This document shows positions 40,446-50,130 of a DNA stretch of 64,000 bases, in pieces. This DNA is from Fibrobacterota bacterium (lineage in GTDB: Bacteria > Fibrobacterota > Fibrobacteria > UBA11236 > JADFYW01), in assembly GCA_042567505.1 (NCBI GenBank), contig JBHPJW010000008.1:1515-65514 (forward strand), given 5' to 3'. The notes beneath the pieces were generated by a model. It was given only the letters and a program-made list of their open reading frames with translations, made no database searches and was not told the origin of the DNA. The translations under genes and the position numbers were made by a program. The stretch's first letter is position 1; each line of letters opens with the position of its first letter.

Positions 40446-41381
40446 ATGAAATCCTTTACAATACATTCTGCCCGGCTCCTTGTTTTACTTATGATCATTT
40501 CATGGTCAAACATATTCGGTTTGGACCTGTTTATTTCCGGCGGATACGGTTGGACGCATTATGAAGCCGAGGATCTGAATAAATTCATGGTGCTGCTGGA
40601 AAGACAGACCAATGAAGGAGGATTTAATCCCTACCAGGTGCAGCAGTTTGACGGCCACTGGATGCAAGCCTGGTCGCTGGGTGTGATTAAGAAGCCATGG
40701 AAATTGGCGGTGGAAGCAGAATTCTGGATAGAGAGCTTCAAGCAGTCCGAGGTGGCCTTTGACTCGGGATCTGGTGGTAGAGAGGAACGGTTAACTTGCG
40801 CGCATCTAGCTGATCCCGCTTACCAGGCTGGGGGGCCGTATGGGTGTATTGAGGCAGAAGAAGAATTCGTTTTTTTACCCCTTATGCTTCAACTTTCTTA
40901 TAACAAAGGATTTTTTAATAGGCTTTTTATGGACGCGGGGTACGGGATAGGAATAATGGCCGGATACGCGGGAATTTCCATCAGCACGGATTATTACGGA
41001 GGCTCAGGCATGGATGATAAAGTGGAATTTGGTATCGATCCAGGAGTTAATTTACTGCATAAGTTTTTTCTGGACTTTGAATTGCGGCCCTTAAGCTGGC
41101 TAGGAATACAGACCAGGAGCGGATACAGGATATCAAAACTCAATGGCTTTACCCTGGTTGATAAGAAAGGGGATTCCCAGCTATTTAATAGGATGTTCAA
41201 CAATCCCGAGGAAGGCGATGAATTATATTTTGAATCATATGGTAACACCTCTTTATCCGAGGAAATTGTGATAGGAAAAAAAACCGATGCGGGCAGGGCG
41301 ACAACGCTTCACAGGATCGAAGGAGATTTTACCGGCTGGTTTGTTAACGCCAGGGTTAATTTTTACTGGAGAGGATTATGA
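40446..41381 (+). CDS. Hypothetical secreted protein, possibly outer-membrane beta-barrel
   Basis: The start is placed at MKSFTIHSARLLVLLMIISWSNIFG (signal-like); the ORF track's 40410 start would translate the palindromic repeat. The sequence shows alternating aromatic/Gly-rich strands and a C-terminal ...VNFYWRGL. Confidence 0.4.
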   Translation: MKSFTIHSARLLVLLMIISWSNIFGLDLFISGGYGWTHYEAEDLNKFMVLLERQTNEGGFNPYQVQQFDGHWMQAWSLGVIKKPWKLAVEAEFWIESFKQSEVAFDSGSGGREERLTCAHLADPAYQAGGPYGCIEAEEEFVFLPLMLQLSYNKGFFNRLFMDAGYGIGIMAGYAGISISTDYYGGSGMDDKVEFGIDPGVNLLHKFFLDFELRPLSWLGIQTRSGYRISKLNGFTLVDKKGDSQLFNRMFNNPEEGDELYFESYGNTSLSEEIVIGKKTDAGRATTLHRIEGDFTGWFVNARVNFYWRGL

Positions 41382-42472
41382 AAAAACTATGTGCGCTATT
41401 ATTGGCAATGACTCTCATTTGTGGTTGTTTCAAAGATGATTCTGTTTCTCCAGAAGAGGATGTTTATACCGGCCCGGAAGGGACAATCGAGTATGCGGAC
41501 TCCTTGAGGGACGATACACTGCGCGTGGCCAGCTTTAACATGGCCATCGGATTTGATGTGGGAGGACTGTTCTTAGAGAATTTAAATGACCTTTCTGTTG
41601 TGATTAAACAGACCAACCTGCTTTTAGCCGACTACCTGGAATCATTGCCTGTGGAGAGAGTGAAACTCATGGCCCAGGGAATAGCGGCAAAAAACCTGGA
41701 TGTGATCGGGCTTCAGGAAGTGACAACCATGATTCTGGAAGATACGGTGCACGCTGATTTCTTGACCATGTTAATACAGGAAATAGAAAGCCTGACGGGA
41801 ATTGAGTATAAGTCTTTTTTTAAAAAGCTCAATGAATACACTTGCCCGTATTTAAAGGAAAATGATACTCTATTGCTGACTTTTTCCGAGGGAAACGCGG
41901 TTTTGGTAAAGCCGGAATACAGCATCTCCGACAGTATGGCCTTTGCTTTTAGTGAATGCGTGGTTGACTCGTTTCTGGGTGAGGAAGTTGAATCCGAGCG
42001 CGAAGCTATTTTTCTGGAGGTGATTTCACCCAAAGGGAAAACTTACCAGTTATTCAGCACACATATAGAAGTGGCTATTCTATTTTTTAATGTGCGGTTA
42101 CAAAATGTACAGATAAGCGATCTGCTGTTCATAGCCGATTCGGTGTATCATTCCGGTGCTGCCCAGATAATTATGGGAGATATGAATATCGAATCTGATC
42201 AGGAAAGGTATACGCTTTTTACTGAAAAAAACTGGGTGGACGCGCAGGAAGAACTGGGTCTTCAGGCCACCGGTACCTGCTGCGTGGAAAATTTACGCGA
42301 CCCGCAAAGCCCCTTTTCCAACGGCAGGATTGATTATGTGTTCGCCAGGGGAATAACCAAGGTGGTCGATGGGGAAGTTGCTCTGTCTGAATGGGGTGTT
42401 ACTGCAGCCGGAGACACGGTGTTTGCGGCTGATCACAGGATGGTGGTGGCTGAGTTTGAGACCCAGTATTGA
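41378..42472 (+). CDS. Endonuclease/exonuclease/phosphatase (EEP) family lipoprotein
   Basis: 364-aa ORF with the lipobox LICGCF. EEP motifs are present: LRVASFNM, IGLQEV, MGDMN, GRIDYVF, ADHRMVVAEF. Its ATGA overlaps the upstream gene. Confidence 0.8.
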   Translation: MKKLCALLLAMTLICGCFKDDSVSPEEDVYTGPEGTIEYADSLRDDTLRVASFNMAIGFDVGGLFLENLNDLSVVIKQTNLLLADYLESLPVERVKLMAQGIAAKNLDVIGLQEVTTMILEDTVHADFLTMLIQEIESLTGIEYKSFFKKLNEYTCPYLKENDTLLLTFSEGNAVLVKPEYSISDSMAFAFSECVVDSFLGEEVESEREAIFLEVISPKGKTYQLFSTHIEVAILFFNVRLQNVQISDLLFIADSVYHSGAAQIIMGDMNIESDQERYTLFTEKNWVDAQEELGLQATGTCCVENLRDPQSPFSNGRIDYVFARGITKVVDGEVALSEWGVTAAGDTVFAADHRMVVAEFETQY

Positions 42473-42486
42473 GATGCAATTGAACT

Positions 42487-42519
42487 TTGTAACGGCGTGC
42501 CGTCGGCACGCCGCTACAG
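42487..42519. repeat. GC-rich palindromic repeat, copy 3
   Basis: TTTGTAACGGCGTGCCGTCGGCACGCCGCTACAG lies 15 nt after the EEP gene stop. It is a near-perfect 14-bp-stem palindrome. Confidence 0.6.
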
Positions 42520-42539
42520 TTTCATAAAGAAATCAAGAG

Positions 42540-42980
42540 ATGAAAACCCGGCTTCACAACGATAAGAAACAGCTCTATGATCCCGTCCGCAAAAAATGGG
42601 TGGCCTTTACACCGGAAGAGCATGTCAGGCAGTCGGTGCTGGCCTTCCTGGCCACTGAATTGGGGGTCCCGGTCTCGTTGACAGGAGTGGAATACTCGCT
42701 GTCCCATATAGAACCCGGCAACCGCAGACAGGTGGATATCCTGGTATGGAAACCAGGGGCTCCCGAAGACAAAGTCCCTATTAAGCCGTGGCTGATGGTG
42801 GAGTGTAAGGCCCCGGCCGTTAAAATCACTCAGGACCTGCAGTATCAGGTGTCCCGGTATTTGTCCGTGGCGCCCAGCCGGTATCTTATGCTTACCAACG
42901 GGAAAACCAGCTTGTATTTTGAGTTGGTCAACGGGGGATATGTGACCATACAAAGCCTTCCGGCTTTTAAGAATACCTAG
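42540..42980 (+). CDS. Stand-alone HsdR-N-terminal-like (PD-(D/E)xK-type) domain protein
   Basis: 146-aa ORF with the pattern LYDPVRKKWVAFTPEEHVRQ...DILVW...MVECKAP...Q..RY......YLMLTNG typical of the small 'type I restriction enzyme HsdR N-terminal domain' proteins. Confidence 0.7.
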   Translation: MKTRLHNDKKQLYDPVRKKWVAFTPEEHVRQSVLAFLATELGVPVSLTGVEYSLSHIEPGNRRQVDILVWKPGAPEDKVPIKPWLMVECKAPAVKITQDLQYQVSRYLSVAPSRYLMLTNGKTSLYFELVNGGYVTIQSLPAFKNT

Positions 42981-42982
42981 AA

Positions 42983-43140
42983 ATGTCACACCGGGCCTGA
43001 ACGAAAGGCTTAGGTCTTTCATTCCGGCGAATGCCGGAATCATACTAGACTGAATCCAGTCAGATGCCGGGTCGTTGCCCGGCGTGACAAACCTCGGCCC
43101 AGTTTACTTAAATAAGATTCCGGCATTCGTCGGAATGACA
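42983..43140. repeat. Nested-hairpin REP/MITE-like element, copy C
   Basis: It starts ATGTCACACCGGGC directly after the stop codon. GTCACACCGGGC pairs with GCCCGGCGTGAC (43077-43088). It contains CATTCCGGCGAATGCCGGAATC and ends GATTCCGGCATTCGTCGGAATGACA. Confidence 0.55.
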
Positions 43141-43202
43141 GGCGTTTAATAGACTATTCATGGTATTTCTAAATAGATTTAGGGAATAACCAAAGGAATA
43201 GC

Positions 43203-44138
43203 ATGGATAAATCATCAAAAATCTACGTAGCCGGTCTGAAGGGAATGGTGGGAAGCGCCATTGGCAGGGCCTTGAAAAGTCAGGGATACACAGAAATTCT
43301 AGGGCCTTCCGAGGATGAACTGAACCTTACCAGCCAGCAGGGAGTTAATGATTATTTTAAAAATGAAAAACCGGAATATGTATTTATCGCGGCGGCCAAG
43401 GTTGGGGGGATATACGCCAACAATACGTTTCCCGCCGAATTCATCTACAGCAACCTGACTATACAGAACAACCTTATCCACGCTTCCTATACGCATGGGG
43501 TGAAAAAGCTCCTGTTCCTCGGCAGTTCCTGCATCTATCCCAAGCTTGCGCCCCAACCGATGCCGGAGAGCTGTCTTTTAACCGGAGAATTGGAACCGAC
43601 CAATGAGCCTTATGCCGTTGCCAAAATTGCCGGGATTAAGATGTGCGAGGCATATAACCGGCAATATGGAACGAATTTTATCTCCTGCATGCCCACCAAC
43701 CTCTACGGGCCCAATGATAATTATGACCTGATGAACTCACATGTGCTCCCGGCCCTGATTAGGAAGATTCACGAGGCAAAAGAAAAGGGTGACGATTCTT
43801 ATGTGGTCTGGGGTACGGGAGGGCCCAAAAGGGAATTCCTGTTTGTCGATGATTTAGCGGATGCCTGTGTATTCCTCATGAATAATTATGACGAGAATGG
43901 CACCATTAATATCGGCAGCGGTCAGGAGGTGACTATTAAAGACCTGGCAGAGACGGTTGCCGAGGTAGTTGGATTTGAAGGCGAAATAAAATATGATACA
44001 TCAAAACCGGACGGGACCCCGAGGAAGTTCCTGGATGTCTCGAAATTATCAGCCCTGGGATGGCAGGCGAAAACGTCTCTGAAGGATGGAATAAGGATGG
44101 CTTATGAAGATTTTCTCAAAGGGGGAGTGAGGATGTGA
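43203..44138 (+). CDS. fcl: GDP-L-fucose synthase
   Basis: 311-aa ORF with near full-length Fcl/WcaG-like sequence ([40 protein letters not shown]). Confidence 0.92.
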   Translation: MDKSSKIYVAGLKGMVGSAIGRALKSQGYTEILGPSEDELNLTSQQGVNDYFKNEKPEYVFIAAAKVGGIYANNTFPAEFIYSNLTIQNNLIHASYTHGVKKLLFLGSSCIYPKLAPQPMPESCLLTGELEPTNEPYAVAKIAGIKMCEAYNRQYGTNFISCMPTNLYGPNDNYDLMNSHVLPALIRKIHEAKEKGDDSYVVWGTGGPKREFLFVDDLADACVFLMNNYDENGTINIGSGQEVTIKDLAETVAEVVGFEGEIKYDTSKPDGTPRKFLDVSKLSALGWQAKTSLKDGIRMAYEDFLKGGVRM

Positions 44139-44150
44139 ATCCTCCCGGCA

Positions 44151-45230
44151 GTGTCTGATTCGCCAAAAGTCTCCATAATCATCCCCGTGTACAATCAGCG
44201 AGGTTTCACGGACCTGTGCTTGAAGTATGTCAGGCGTCATAGTCCCGAAGGATTTTTTGAATGTATGGTAGTGGACAATGGGTCCACAGACAGCACGCCT
44301 GATGTGCTTGGGGCTCTGGGTGCGCCATTTATGTCAGTGAGAAATGACGAGAACCTGGGATTCGCCCATGCCTGTAATCAGGGTGCGAACCAGTGCCGCG
44401 GAGAATATTTTCTTTTTTTAAACAACGATACTGCGCCGCATGCTAACTGGCTGACCGAATTAGTCAGGTCCATTGAGGAACATCCCGACAGGGCCATGGC
44501 AGGGAGCCAGCTTCTTTTTCCGGACCACAATATTCAGCATGCGGGCGTGGTATTTGATTTTTCCCATACCCCCTATCATCTCTATACGGATTGTCCAAAA
44601 TCCCTGGAAGGCGCCAACAAGGAGCGTGAATTCAATGCTGTGACCGGAGCCTGCATGATGGTCAGGCGGGAAGTTTTTCTGGAACAGGGAGGATTTGATA
44701 CGAGGTATGAAAACTGCCTGGAGGATATTGACTTCTGCCTTAAAGTGAGACAGTCAGGAAAGAAAATTGTCTATAGCCCAAAAAGTGTCCTGACTCATTT
44801 TGAGGCCCGGAGCGAGGGAAGGCGCCAGATGGAAGCGAAAGCCAAAGAATTGTTTTTGAGCATATGGGAAGACAAGATTGAGCAGGATGATCTGGATTTT
44901 CTGGTTCCCGATGGCATGCGGATTAAAATTCCCCCGGGAAAAGCGTTTGAGTTCATCACTGAAACTGAACAGGATGTTTTGATGTCTCAGAAAAAATCCA
45001 GTGGTCTGCTTCATCTCAAAGCCGGGCGGATTAAAGAGGCCCTACCCATTTACACCGAGCTGTTTATGGAATTTCCCTATGATAGCGGTGTCCTTGAGGC
45101 CATGGGGGACATAAGCGGTCGAGCAGGGGACAAAGAGCAGGGCGGTTTTTTTTATGGTATGGCCCTGAAAATCGCGCCTGACAACATGGTACTGGCGCAG
45201 AAAATGGAGAACCTTAACGCCGCTCAATAA
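44151..45230 (+). CDS. Family 2 glycosyltransferase with C-terminal TPR-like tail
   Basis: 359-aa ORF with a GTG start. The GT-A signature is VSIIIPVYNQ...VVDNGSTD...LFLNNDT...GACMMVRR. Confidence 0.85.
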   Translation: MSDSPKVSIIIPVYNQRGFTDLCLKYVRRHSPEGFFECMVVDNGSTDSTPDVLGALGAPFMSVRNDENLGFAHACNQGANQCRGEYFLFLNNDTAPHANWLTELVRSIEEHPDRAMAGSQLLFPDHNIQHAGVVFDFSHTPYHLYTDCPKSLEGANKEREFNAVTGACMMVRREVFLEQGGFDTRYENCLEDIDFCLKVRQSGKKIVYSPKSVLTHFEARSEGRRQMEAKAKELFLSIWEDKIEQDDLDFLVPDGMRIKIPPGKAFEFITETEQDVLMSQKKSSGLLHLKAGRIKEALPIYTELFMEFPYDSGVLEAMGDISGRAGDKEQGGFFYGMALKIAPDNMVLAQKMENLNAAQ

Positions 45231-45240
45231 GTCCGACGCC

Positions 45241-47334
45241 ATGAAGACCTTACTGATTGACAACTATGACTCTTATACCCATATCCTGGGTCACTATATC
45301 TGGAATATCACCGGAGAGCGGCCGGTTATCATAAAGAATGACTCCATGTCCCTGGAGGAAATCGAAACCCTGTGTTTTGACAATATCGTAATTTCGCCAG
45401 GGCCGGGACGGCCGGAAAAGAAAGAGGATTTTGGCGTTTGCCGGCAGGTGCTGGAGCGATGTACGCGAACCCCTGTTCTTGGAGTGTGTCTTGGGCACCA
45501 GGGAATAGGGGTATATGCGGGAGCGGAAGTTATTCATGCCCCGGATGTTATGCATGGCAAGCATTCTCTTATACGGCACACCGGAGGCTCACTGTTCAAG
45601 GATCTGCCGGAATGCTTCAGCGCGGTCCGCTATCATTCATTAGTTATCGATCCTCAGTCGCTAAACGAGAACATAGAAGTCCTGGCAGTTTCCGAAGATG
45701 ATCAGCAGATTATGGCCATTCGCTTGAGGAACCGGCCTTACTATGGCGTTCAATTCCACCCTGAGTCTGTTGGTACCGATTACGGGGAAAAAATCCTGAC
45801 TAATTTTTTCAGTACTTCTTTTCGCCTTTCCCTGCAGCAACAAGCGCTTCCGAAAATAGTATTCAGTCACAAAATCCATTACAAGGAGATTGAGTGGAAG
45901 GAACCGGCTGCCGTTTTCACCTCATTATTCTCTGGATGTGAGTATGCTTTCTGGCTCGATACCAGTCTGCAAACTGGAAACGGGTGTTTTTCATATATGG
46001 GAACTTGTGAGGAATTGTATGTGACACAGGGAGACACCGTCTCAAGAAGGGACGTTAAGACAGGGCGGCAAAATACTATACATAAAGGCGCTCCAGAAAA
46101 CATATACCAGATCCTCCAAAGAGAGATAAGGAATATAACTCCTGAGGATAAACTGGTTCCCTTTCCGTTTTCCGGCGGCCTGGTAGGATATTTCGCTTAT
46201 GAGTTCGGGCAGAGAGAGGTGCAAGGGCGGGAGACCAAAGGTACGGGCACCAGACTTCCGGATTCAATCCTGATGAAGGCTGATAAATTTCTGGTGTTTG
46301 ACCACAAGAGGCAAAAACTCTTTTTATGCGGTCTCTCATCCGGAGATGTTAATCCGGTCGGGCAGTGGTTCAGGGAATTGGCAGGTTCTGTAAGCGCTCT
46401 TAAGGGCCTTCCGCGAGACAATGGATGTTCTCCAAGGCTCTCTGCCGGGGACACGCATGATGCCGGAGGTGAAGCGGCATTGGGCCAATTTGATACCAGC
46501 TTTACCAGAGATCGATATCTGAAAACCATAAAGGACATCAAGGGGCTCATTCGTGACGGGGAAACATATGAGGTGTGCCTCACTAATGAATTTTTCTTCA
46601 CTGCCCAGATAGATCCTCTTTCGCTCTACCTCACCTTGCGGACCGTTAATCCGGCGCCATACTCGGCATTTCTCAAGTTTCCACAGGGAGCTGTGCTTTC
46701 AAGTTCTCCGGAGAGTTTCTTGAAGGTAGGCAAAGATCGCTCTGTTAAGAGTGAACCCATGAAAGGGACCAGGCCCAGGGGGAAGACGCCGGCTGAGAGT
46801 CTGCGCATAAGGGAAGAGTTGCTGTCCTGCGGGAAGGACAGTTCTGAACTCCTGATGATAACTGATCTTATCCGGAATGACCTTGCCCGGGTGTGTGAAC
46901 CCGGCACAGTGTATGTGCGGGATATGAAAAAACTCACTGAGTATGCCACGGTCATCCAGCAGACTTCCACGGTGACGGGGAAACTCCGGGAGGAGTGCGG
47001 GAGCCTGGATTTGCTGGAGGCATGTTTCCCGGGCGGGTCTATCACCGGCGCACCCAAAACCAGGACCATGGAAATAATTTCCCGGTTTGAAAAACGCAGA
47101 AGAGGAGTTTACACCGGGAGCATCGGTTATCTGGGCTTTGACGGGACTATGGATCTGAATATCGCCATCCGCACCCTGGTGATGGAAGGTGATAAGGTCT
47201 CCTTTGGGGCAGGCGGGGCGATTGTAGCTGAATCAGAAGCGGAAAAGGAGTGGGAGGAAGTAATGGTTAAGGCCCGGGCCCTCATCAAAACATTTAAAGA
47301 AAGCGGGAAACTGTCGACGGCCATGTTGAGATAA
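45241..47334 (+). CDS. Fused PabA-PabB aminodeoxychorismate synthase (glutamine amidotransferase + chorismate-binding domains)
   Basis: 697-aa ORF. The N-terminal class-I GATase carries GVCLGHQ and FHPES. The C-terminal chorismate-binding domain reads PGGSITGAPK...GVYTGSIGY. The motif EPMKGTRPRG has Lys at the PIKGT position, which is characteristic of PabB rather than TrpE (PIAGT). Confidence 0.85.
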   Translation: MKTLLIDNYDSYTHILGHYIWNITGERPVIIKNDSMSLEEIETLCFDNIVISPGPGRPEKKEDFGVCRQVLERCTRTPVLGVCLGHQGIGVYAGAEVIHAPDVMHGKHSLIRHTGGSLFKDLPECFSAVRYHSLVIDPQSLNENIEVLAVSEDDQQIMAIRLRNRPYYGVQFHPESVGTDYGEKILTNFFSTSFRLSLQQQALPKIVFSHKIHYKEIEWKEPAAVFTSLFSGCEYAFWLDTSLQTGNGCFSYMGTCEELYVTQGDTVSRRDVKTGRQNTIHKGAPENIYQILQREIRNITPEDKLVPFPFSGGLVGYFAYEFGQREVQGRETKGTGTRLPDSILMKADKFLVFDHKRQKLFLCGLSSGDVNPVGQWFRELAGSVSALKGLPRDNGCSPRLSAGDTHDAGGEAALGQFDTSFTRDRYLKTIKDIKGLIRDGETYEVCLTNEFFFTAQIDPLSLYLTLRTVNPAPYSAFLKFPQGAVLSSSPESFLKVGKDRSVKSEPMKGTRPRGKTPAESLRIREELLSCGKDSSELLMITDLIRNDLARVCEPGTVYVRDMKKLTEYATVIQQTSTVTGKLREECGSLDLLEACFPGGSITGAPKTRTMEIISRFEKRRRGVYTGSIGYLGFDGTMDLNIAIRTLVMEGDKVSFGAGGAIVAESEAEKEWEEVMVKARALIKTFKESGKLSTAMLR

Positions 47335-47498
47335 CCGTGTTTTTCCTCACGCGAGGTAATTCTCCTTGCTTCTGTTTGTTCAACACCAGGTGATTTGACG
47401 GTGGCTTCCAGCTTGAAAAGGCTTCCCAATTAAGCGAAAAAAAAGTATTTCATGGTATGAATTACCGGCTTTGCAGAGAAAATTGTCCAGAGCGATAA

Positions 47499-48182
47499 AT
47501 GAATTTGTCAGATTCTTCGGATTCCCATGGATATTTTGATGAAAATGATTCTGAATTATCAGGGCAAAAAATCATAATAATTGATTATGGATTGGGCAAT
47601 GTCAGGTCAGTAAGCGGGGCGGTGGAAAAATTAGGATTTCATCCCACTCTTTCTTCAAAAGTCGACGATCTGGAAACAGCTGACAAACTCATTCTTCCGG
47701 GAGTTGGGGCTTTTCAAGACGGAATGGAAAATTTAGTCCGGCTGGGTGTCGTGGATGTTTTAAACCACCTGGTGATGGAAGAGAGAAAACCGATACTTGG
47801 AATATGTTTGGGCGCCCAGTTGCTCGCAAGAGAAAGCTTTGAATTTGGAAGGCATGATGGGCTGGGGTGGATTGACGCTTCGGTCGTCAAGCTCAATGTG
47901 GAAAATTACGGTTTAAAAATCCCTCATGTGGGCTGGAATGATCTCTTTCAAACCAAAAAGAGCATTTTGTTCGATGGAATCATACCCGGAGCATTGTTTT
48001 ATTACGTCCACAGTTTCCACATCCAGTGTTCCGATGATAAGCATGTGGTTGGCGAGTGTGAATACGGCAGGCGTTTCGCTTCAGTTATCCAGAAGAGCAA
48101 TATTTACGCCACCCAGTTTCATCCTGAAAAAAGCCAATTTTATGGGATGATGTTATTGAAAAACTTTTTAACTAAAGCATAA
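47499..48182 (+). CDS. HisH-like glutamine amidotransferase (WbuY-type, glycan-cluster paralogue)
   Basis: 227-aa ORF with IIIIDYGLGNVRSV, GICLGAQLL and FHPEKS. It lies next to the HisF-like and WbuX-like genes. Confidence 0.85.
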   Translation: MNLSDSSDSHGYFDENDSELSGQKIIIIDYGLGNVRSVSGAVEKLGFHPTLSSKVDDLETADKLILPGVGAFQDGMENLVRLGVVDVLNHLVMEERKPILGICLGAQLLARESFEFGRHDGLGWIDASVVKLNVENYGLKIPHVGWNDLFQTKKSILFDGIIPGALFYYVHSFHIQCSDDKHVVGECEYGRRFASVIQKSNIYATQFHPEKSQFYGMMLLKNFLTKA

Positions 48183-48186
48183 GAGC

Positions 48187-48933
48187 ATGGTTCGGAACCG
48201 GTTAATGACAGTTTTAACGTTCAATAACGGGGTATTGTTCCGGACCAGGAATTTCAAACCGGATTACCGGTACACGGCAAATTTCATCGACCTATGGTCT
48301 GTTGATGAAATGGTTTTACTGGATATCACCAGACCAGGAGACGGCGACAGGGAAAATTTTTACCAGGTGGTGAATGAATTTTCAAAAAATTGTTTTGTGC
48401 CGATAACTGTGGGAGGCGGCATAAGCAGTGTGGAAGAAATAAACAACTTTCTTCGAATGGGCGCGGATAAGGTGGTGATAAACACGCATGCCCATAAGAA
48501 CCCGGCATTCATCAGGGAATCTTCCCGGTTGTTCGGCTCCCAATGTATTGTTGTGTCCATCGACGCCAAGCTGCAACTCAACAACGGATATGAGGCGCTT
48601 ATCAGCTTCGGTACGGAAGCAACGGGCTCGCCTCCCGAAGAATGGGCCAGACAAGCCGAAGCGCATGGCGCCGGGGAGATCCTGATAACGTCCATAGATA
48701 AAGACGGCACATTGGAGGGTTATGATAATGAGCTGAACCGTCTGGTGGCTGATGCTGTGGATGTTCCGGTTCTGGTTTGCGGCGGCGCGGGCAGCTGGCA
48801 GCATTTTGTGGACGGATTTACCATTGGAAAAGCTTCTGCCGTATGCACCACCAATATTTATCATTTTACCGAAACGAGCATTAAAAGCGCAAAGAGCTAT
48901 TTGACGCAATCGGAGATAACGGTAAGAATATAA
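48187..48933 (+). CDS. HisF-like cyclase subunit (WbuZ-type)
   Basis: 248-aa ORF with (beta/alpha)8 HisF-like sequence (PITVGGGI, ADKVVINT, EILITSIDKDGT, VLVCGGAG). Confidence 0.85.
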   Translation: MVRNRLMTVLTFNNGVLFRTRNFKPDYRYTANFIDLWSVDEMVLLDITRPGDGDRENFYQVVNEFSKNCFVPITVGGGISSVEEINNFLRMGADKVVINTHAHKNPAFIRESSRLFGSQCIVVSIDAKLQLNNGYEALISFGTEATGSPPEEWARQAEAHGAGEILITSIDKDGTLEGYDNELNRLVADAVDVPVLVCGGAGSWQHFVDGFTIGKASAVCTTNIYHFTETSIKSAKSYLTQSEITVRI

Positions 48934-48951
48934 GAGAGGAAGGTTGACGAA

Positions 48952-50091
48952 ATGGAATTTGGAAAAGAAAAAGGCGTTCGAAAAATAACCTATTGCAAGA
49001 GATGCATCATGCCGGATTCAAGACCGAGAATTGTATTTAACGAGGAAGGAGTCTGCAACGCTTGTCTCACGGCTGATGAAAAGATGAATATAGACTGGGG
49101 ACAACGGAAGGATGAATTTATCAAATACACGGAGACCTATAAGCGTTCTGATGGGAAGTGGGATTGCATCGTTCCCTGGAGCGGGGGGAAGGACAGCAGC
49201 TCCATAGCCTATCGGTTAAAGTATGATTTTGGAATGAATCCTCTGCTCGTTACCTTTTCGCCCATACTGCCTACTGAAATCGGCAACCAAAACCGCGAGT
49301 CTCTTATCGAACTTGGTTTTGACAACTTATTTTTCAGGGCCAACCATAGGGTGCATCGGAAATTAGCTAAGCGGTTTTTTATAGAACGGGGCAACCCCAA
49401 AGTTGCCTGGGATGCTGGTATTAATGCCATTCCGGTCATGGCGGCGCTCCGGTTTGACATACCCTTGCTGTTTTACGCGGAACATGGTGAGAGTGAATAT
49501 GGCGGAAAAGTGCTTACTGAAGAATCAAAAAAACTAAGGGATTTCACCGAGGTTATCGAACACCAGATTGGGGATGATCCGAGAAACTGGGTTGATGACG
49601 AGATAACTTTGAACGATATAACGCCTTATATCTATCCGGATATTGACTCGGTTAAGAAAGCGGGCATAAAAGCCTTTTATTTTTCCTATTTTTTCCGATG
49701 GAGCATGCTGGAGAACTACCGGTTAATTAAAACCAAGATAAAATTCCTTACCAATCCCAAGGGCCGGACCGATGGGACCTTTACGAATTTTGACAGTTTA
49801 GATGATAAAATCGATAACTTGTATTATTACATGCAATTCATAAAATTCGGGTTTGGGAGGACTGTCAGGGACTCTTGCCGGATGATCCAGAATGGGCAAA
49901 TGACCCGGGAAGAGGCGTTAGAGCTGGCGCAAAGATATGATAGCGAATTTCCATTCGAACATTTCAGTGAAGTCTTACACTTTTTGGATTTAACTGAAGA
50001 AGAATTCACCGCTATCGTGGACAAACACCGCAATCCGGAAATCTGGAATAGTGAGAAGGGACGGTGGAAACTCCGTTTCCCGCCCGAATAA
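48952..50091 (+). CDS. N-acetyl sugar amidotransferase (WbuX/PseA/WbpG family, PP-loop)
   Basis: 379-aa ORF with the N-terminal Zn-ribbon CKRCIMPDSRPRI.F.EEGVCNAC and the PP-loop VPWSGGKDSS. Confidence 0.85.
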   Translation: MEFGKEKGVRKITYCKRCIMPDSRPRIVFNEEGVCNACLTADEKMNIDWGQRKDEFIKYTETYKRSDGKWDCIVPWSGGKDSSSIAYRLKYDFGMNPLLVTFSPILPTEIGNQNRESLIELGFDNLFFRANHRVHRKLAKRFFIERGNPKVAWDAGINAIPVMAALRFDIPLLFYAEHGESEYGGKVLTEESKKLRDFTEVIEHQIGDDPRNWVDDEITLNDITPYIYPDIDSVKKAGIKAFYFSYFFRWSMLENYRLIKTKIKFLTNPKGRTDGTFTNFDSLDDKIDNLYYYMQFIKFGFGRTVRDSCRMIQNGQMTREEALELAQRYDSEFPFEHFSEVLHFLDLTEEEFTAIVDKHRNPEIWNSEKGRWKLRFPPE

Positions 50092-50130
50092 CCAGACGAA
50101 TTAATTGAACGAGAAGGAGAGAATGTTCTT

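Noticed and set aside
42540-42980. HsdR-N-terminal-like protein considered as evidence of a type I restriction-modification system
   Set aside because: It is only a 146-aa stand-alone domain. No hsdM, hsdS or helicase/ATPase part of hsdR is present in the window.
45241-47334. Fused GATase/chorismate-binding protein considered as anthranilate synthase TrpEG
   Set aside because: The motif reads PMKGT with Lys, as in PabB (PIKGT), rather than the Ala of TrpE (PIAGT). No trp genes are nearby. This rests on motif reading only.
47499-48933. HisH/HisF considered as histidine-biosynthesis genes
   Set aside because: No other his genes are adjacent. The genes sit directly upstream of a WbuX/PseA-type PP-loop amidotransferase inside a glycan cluster, which is the known arrangement of the acetamidino-sugar paralogues.
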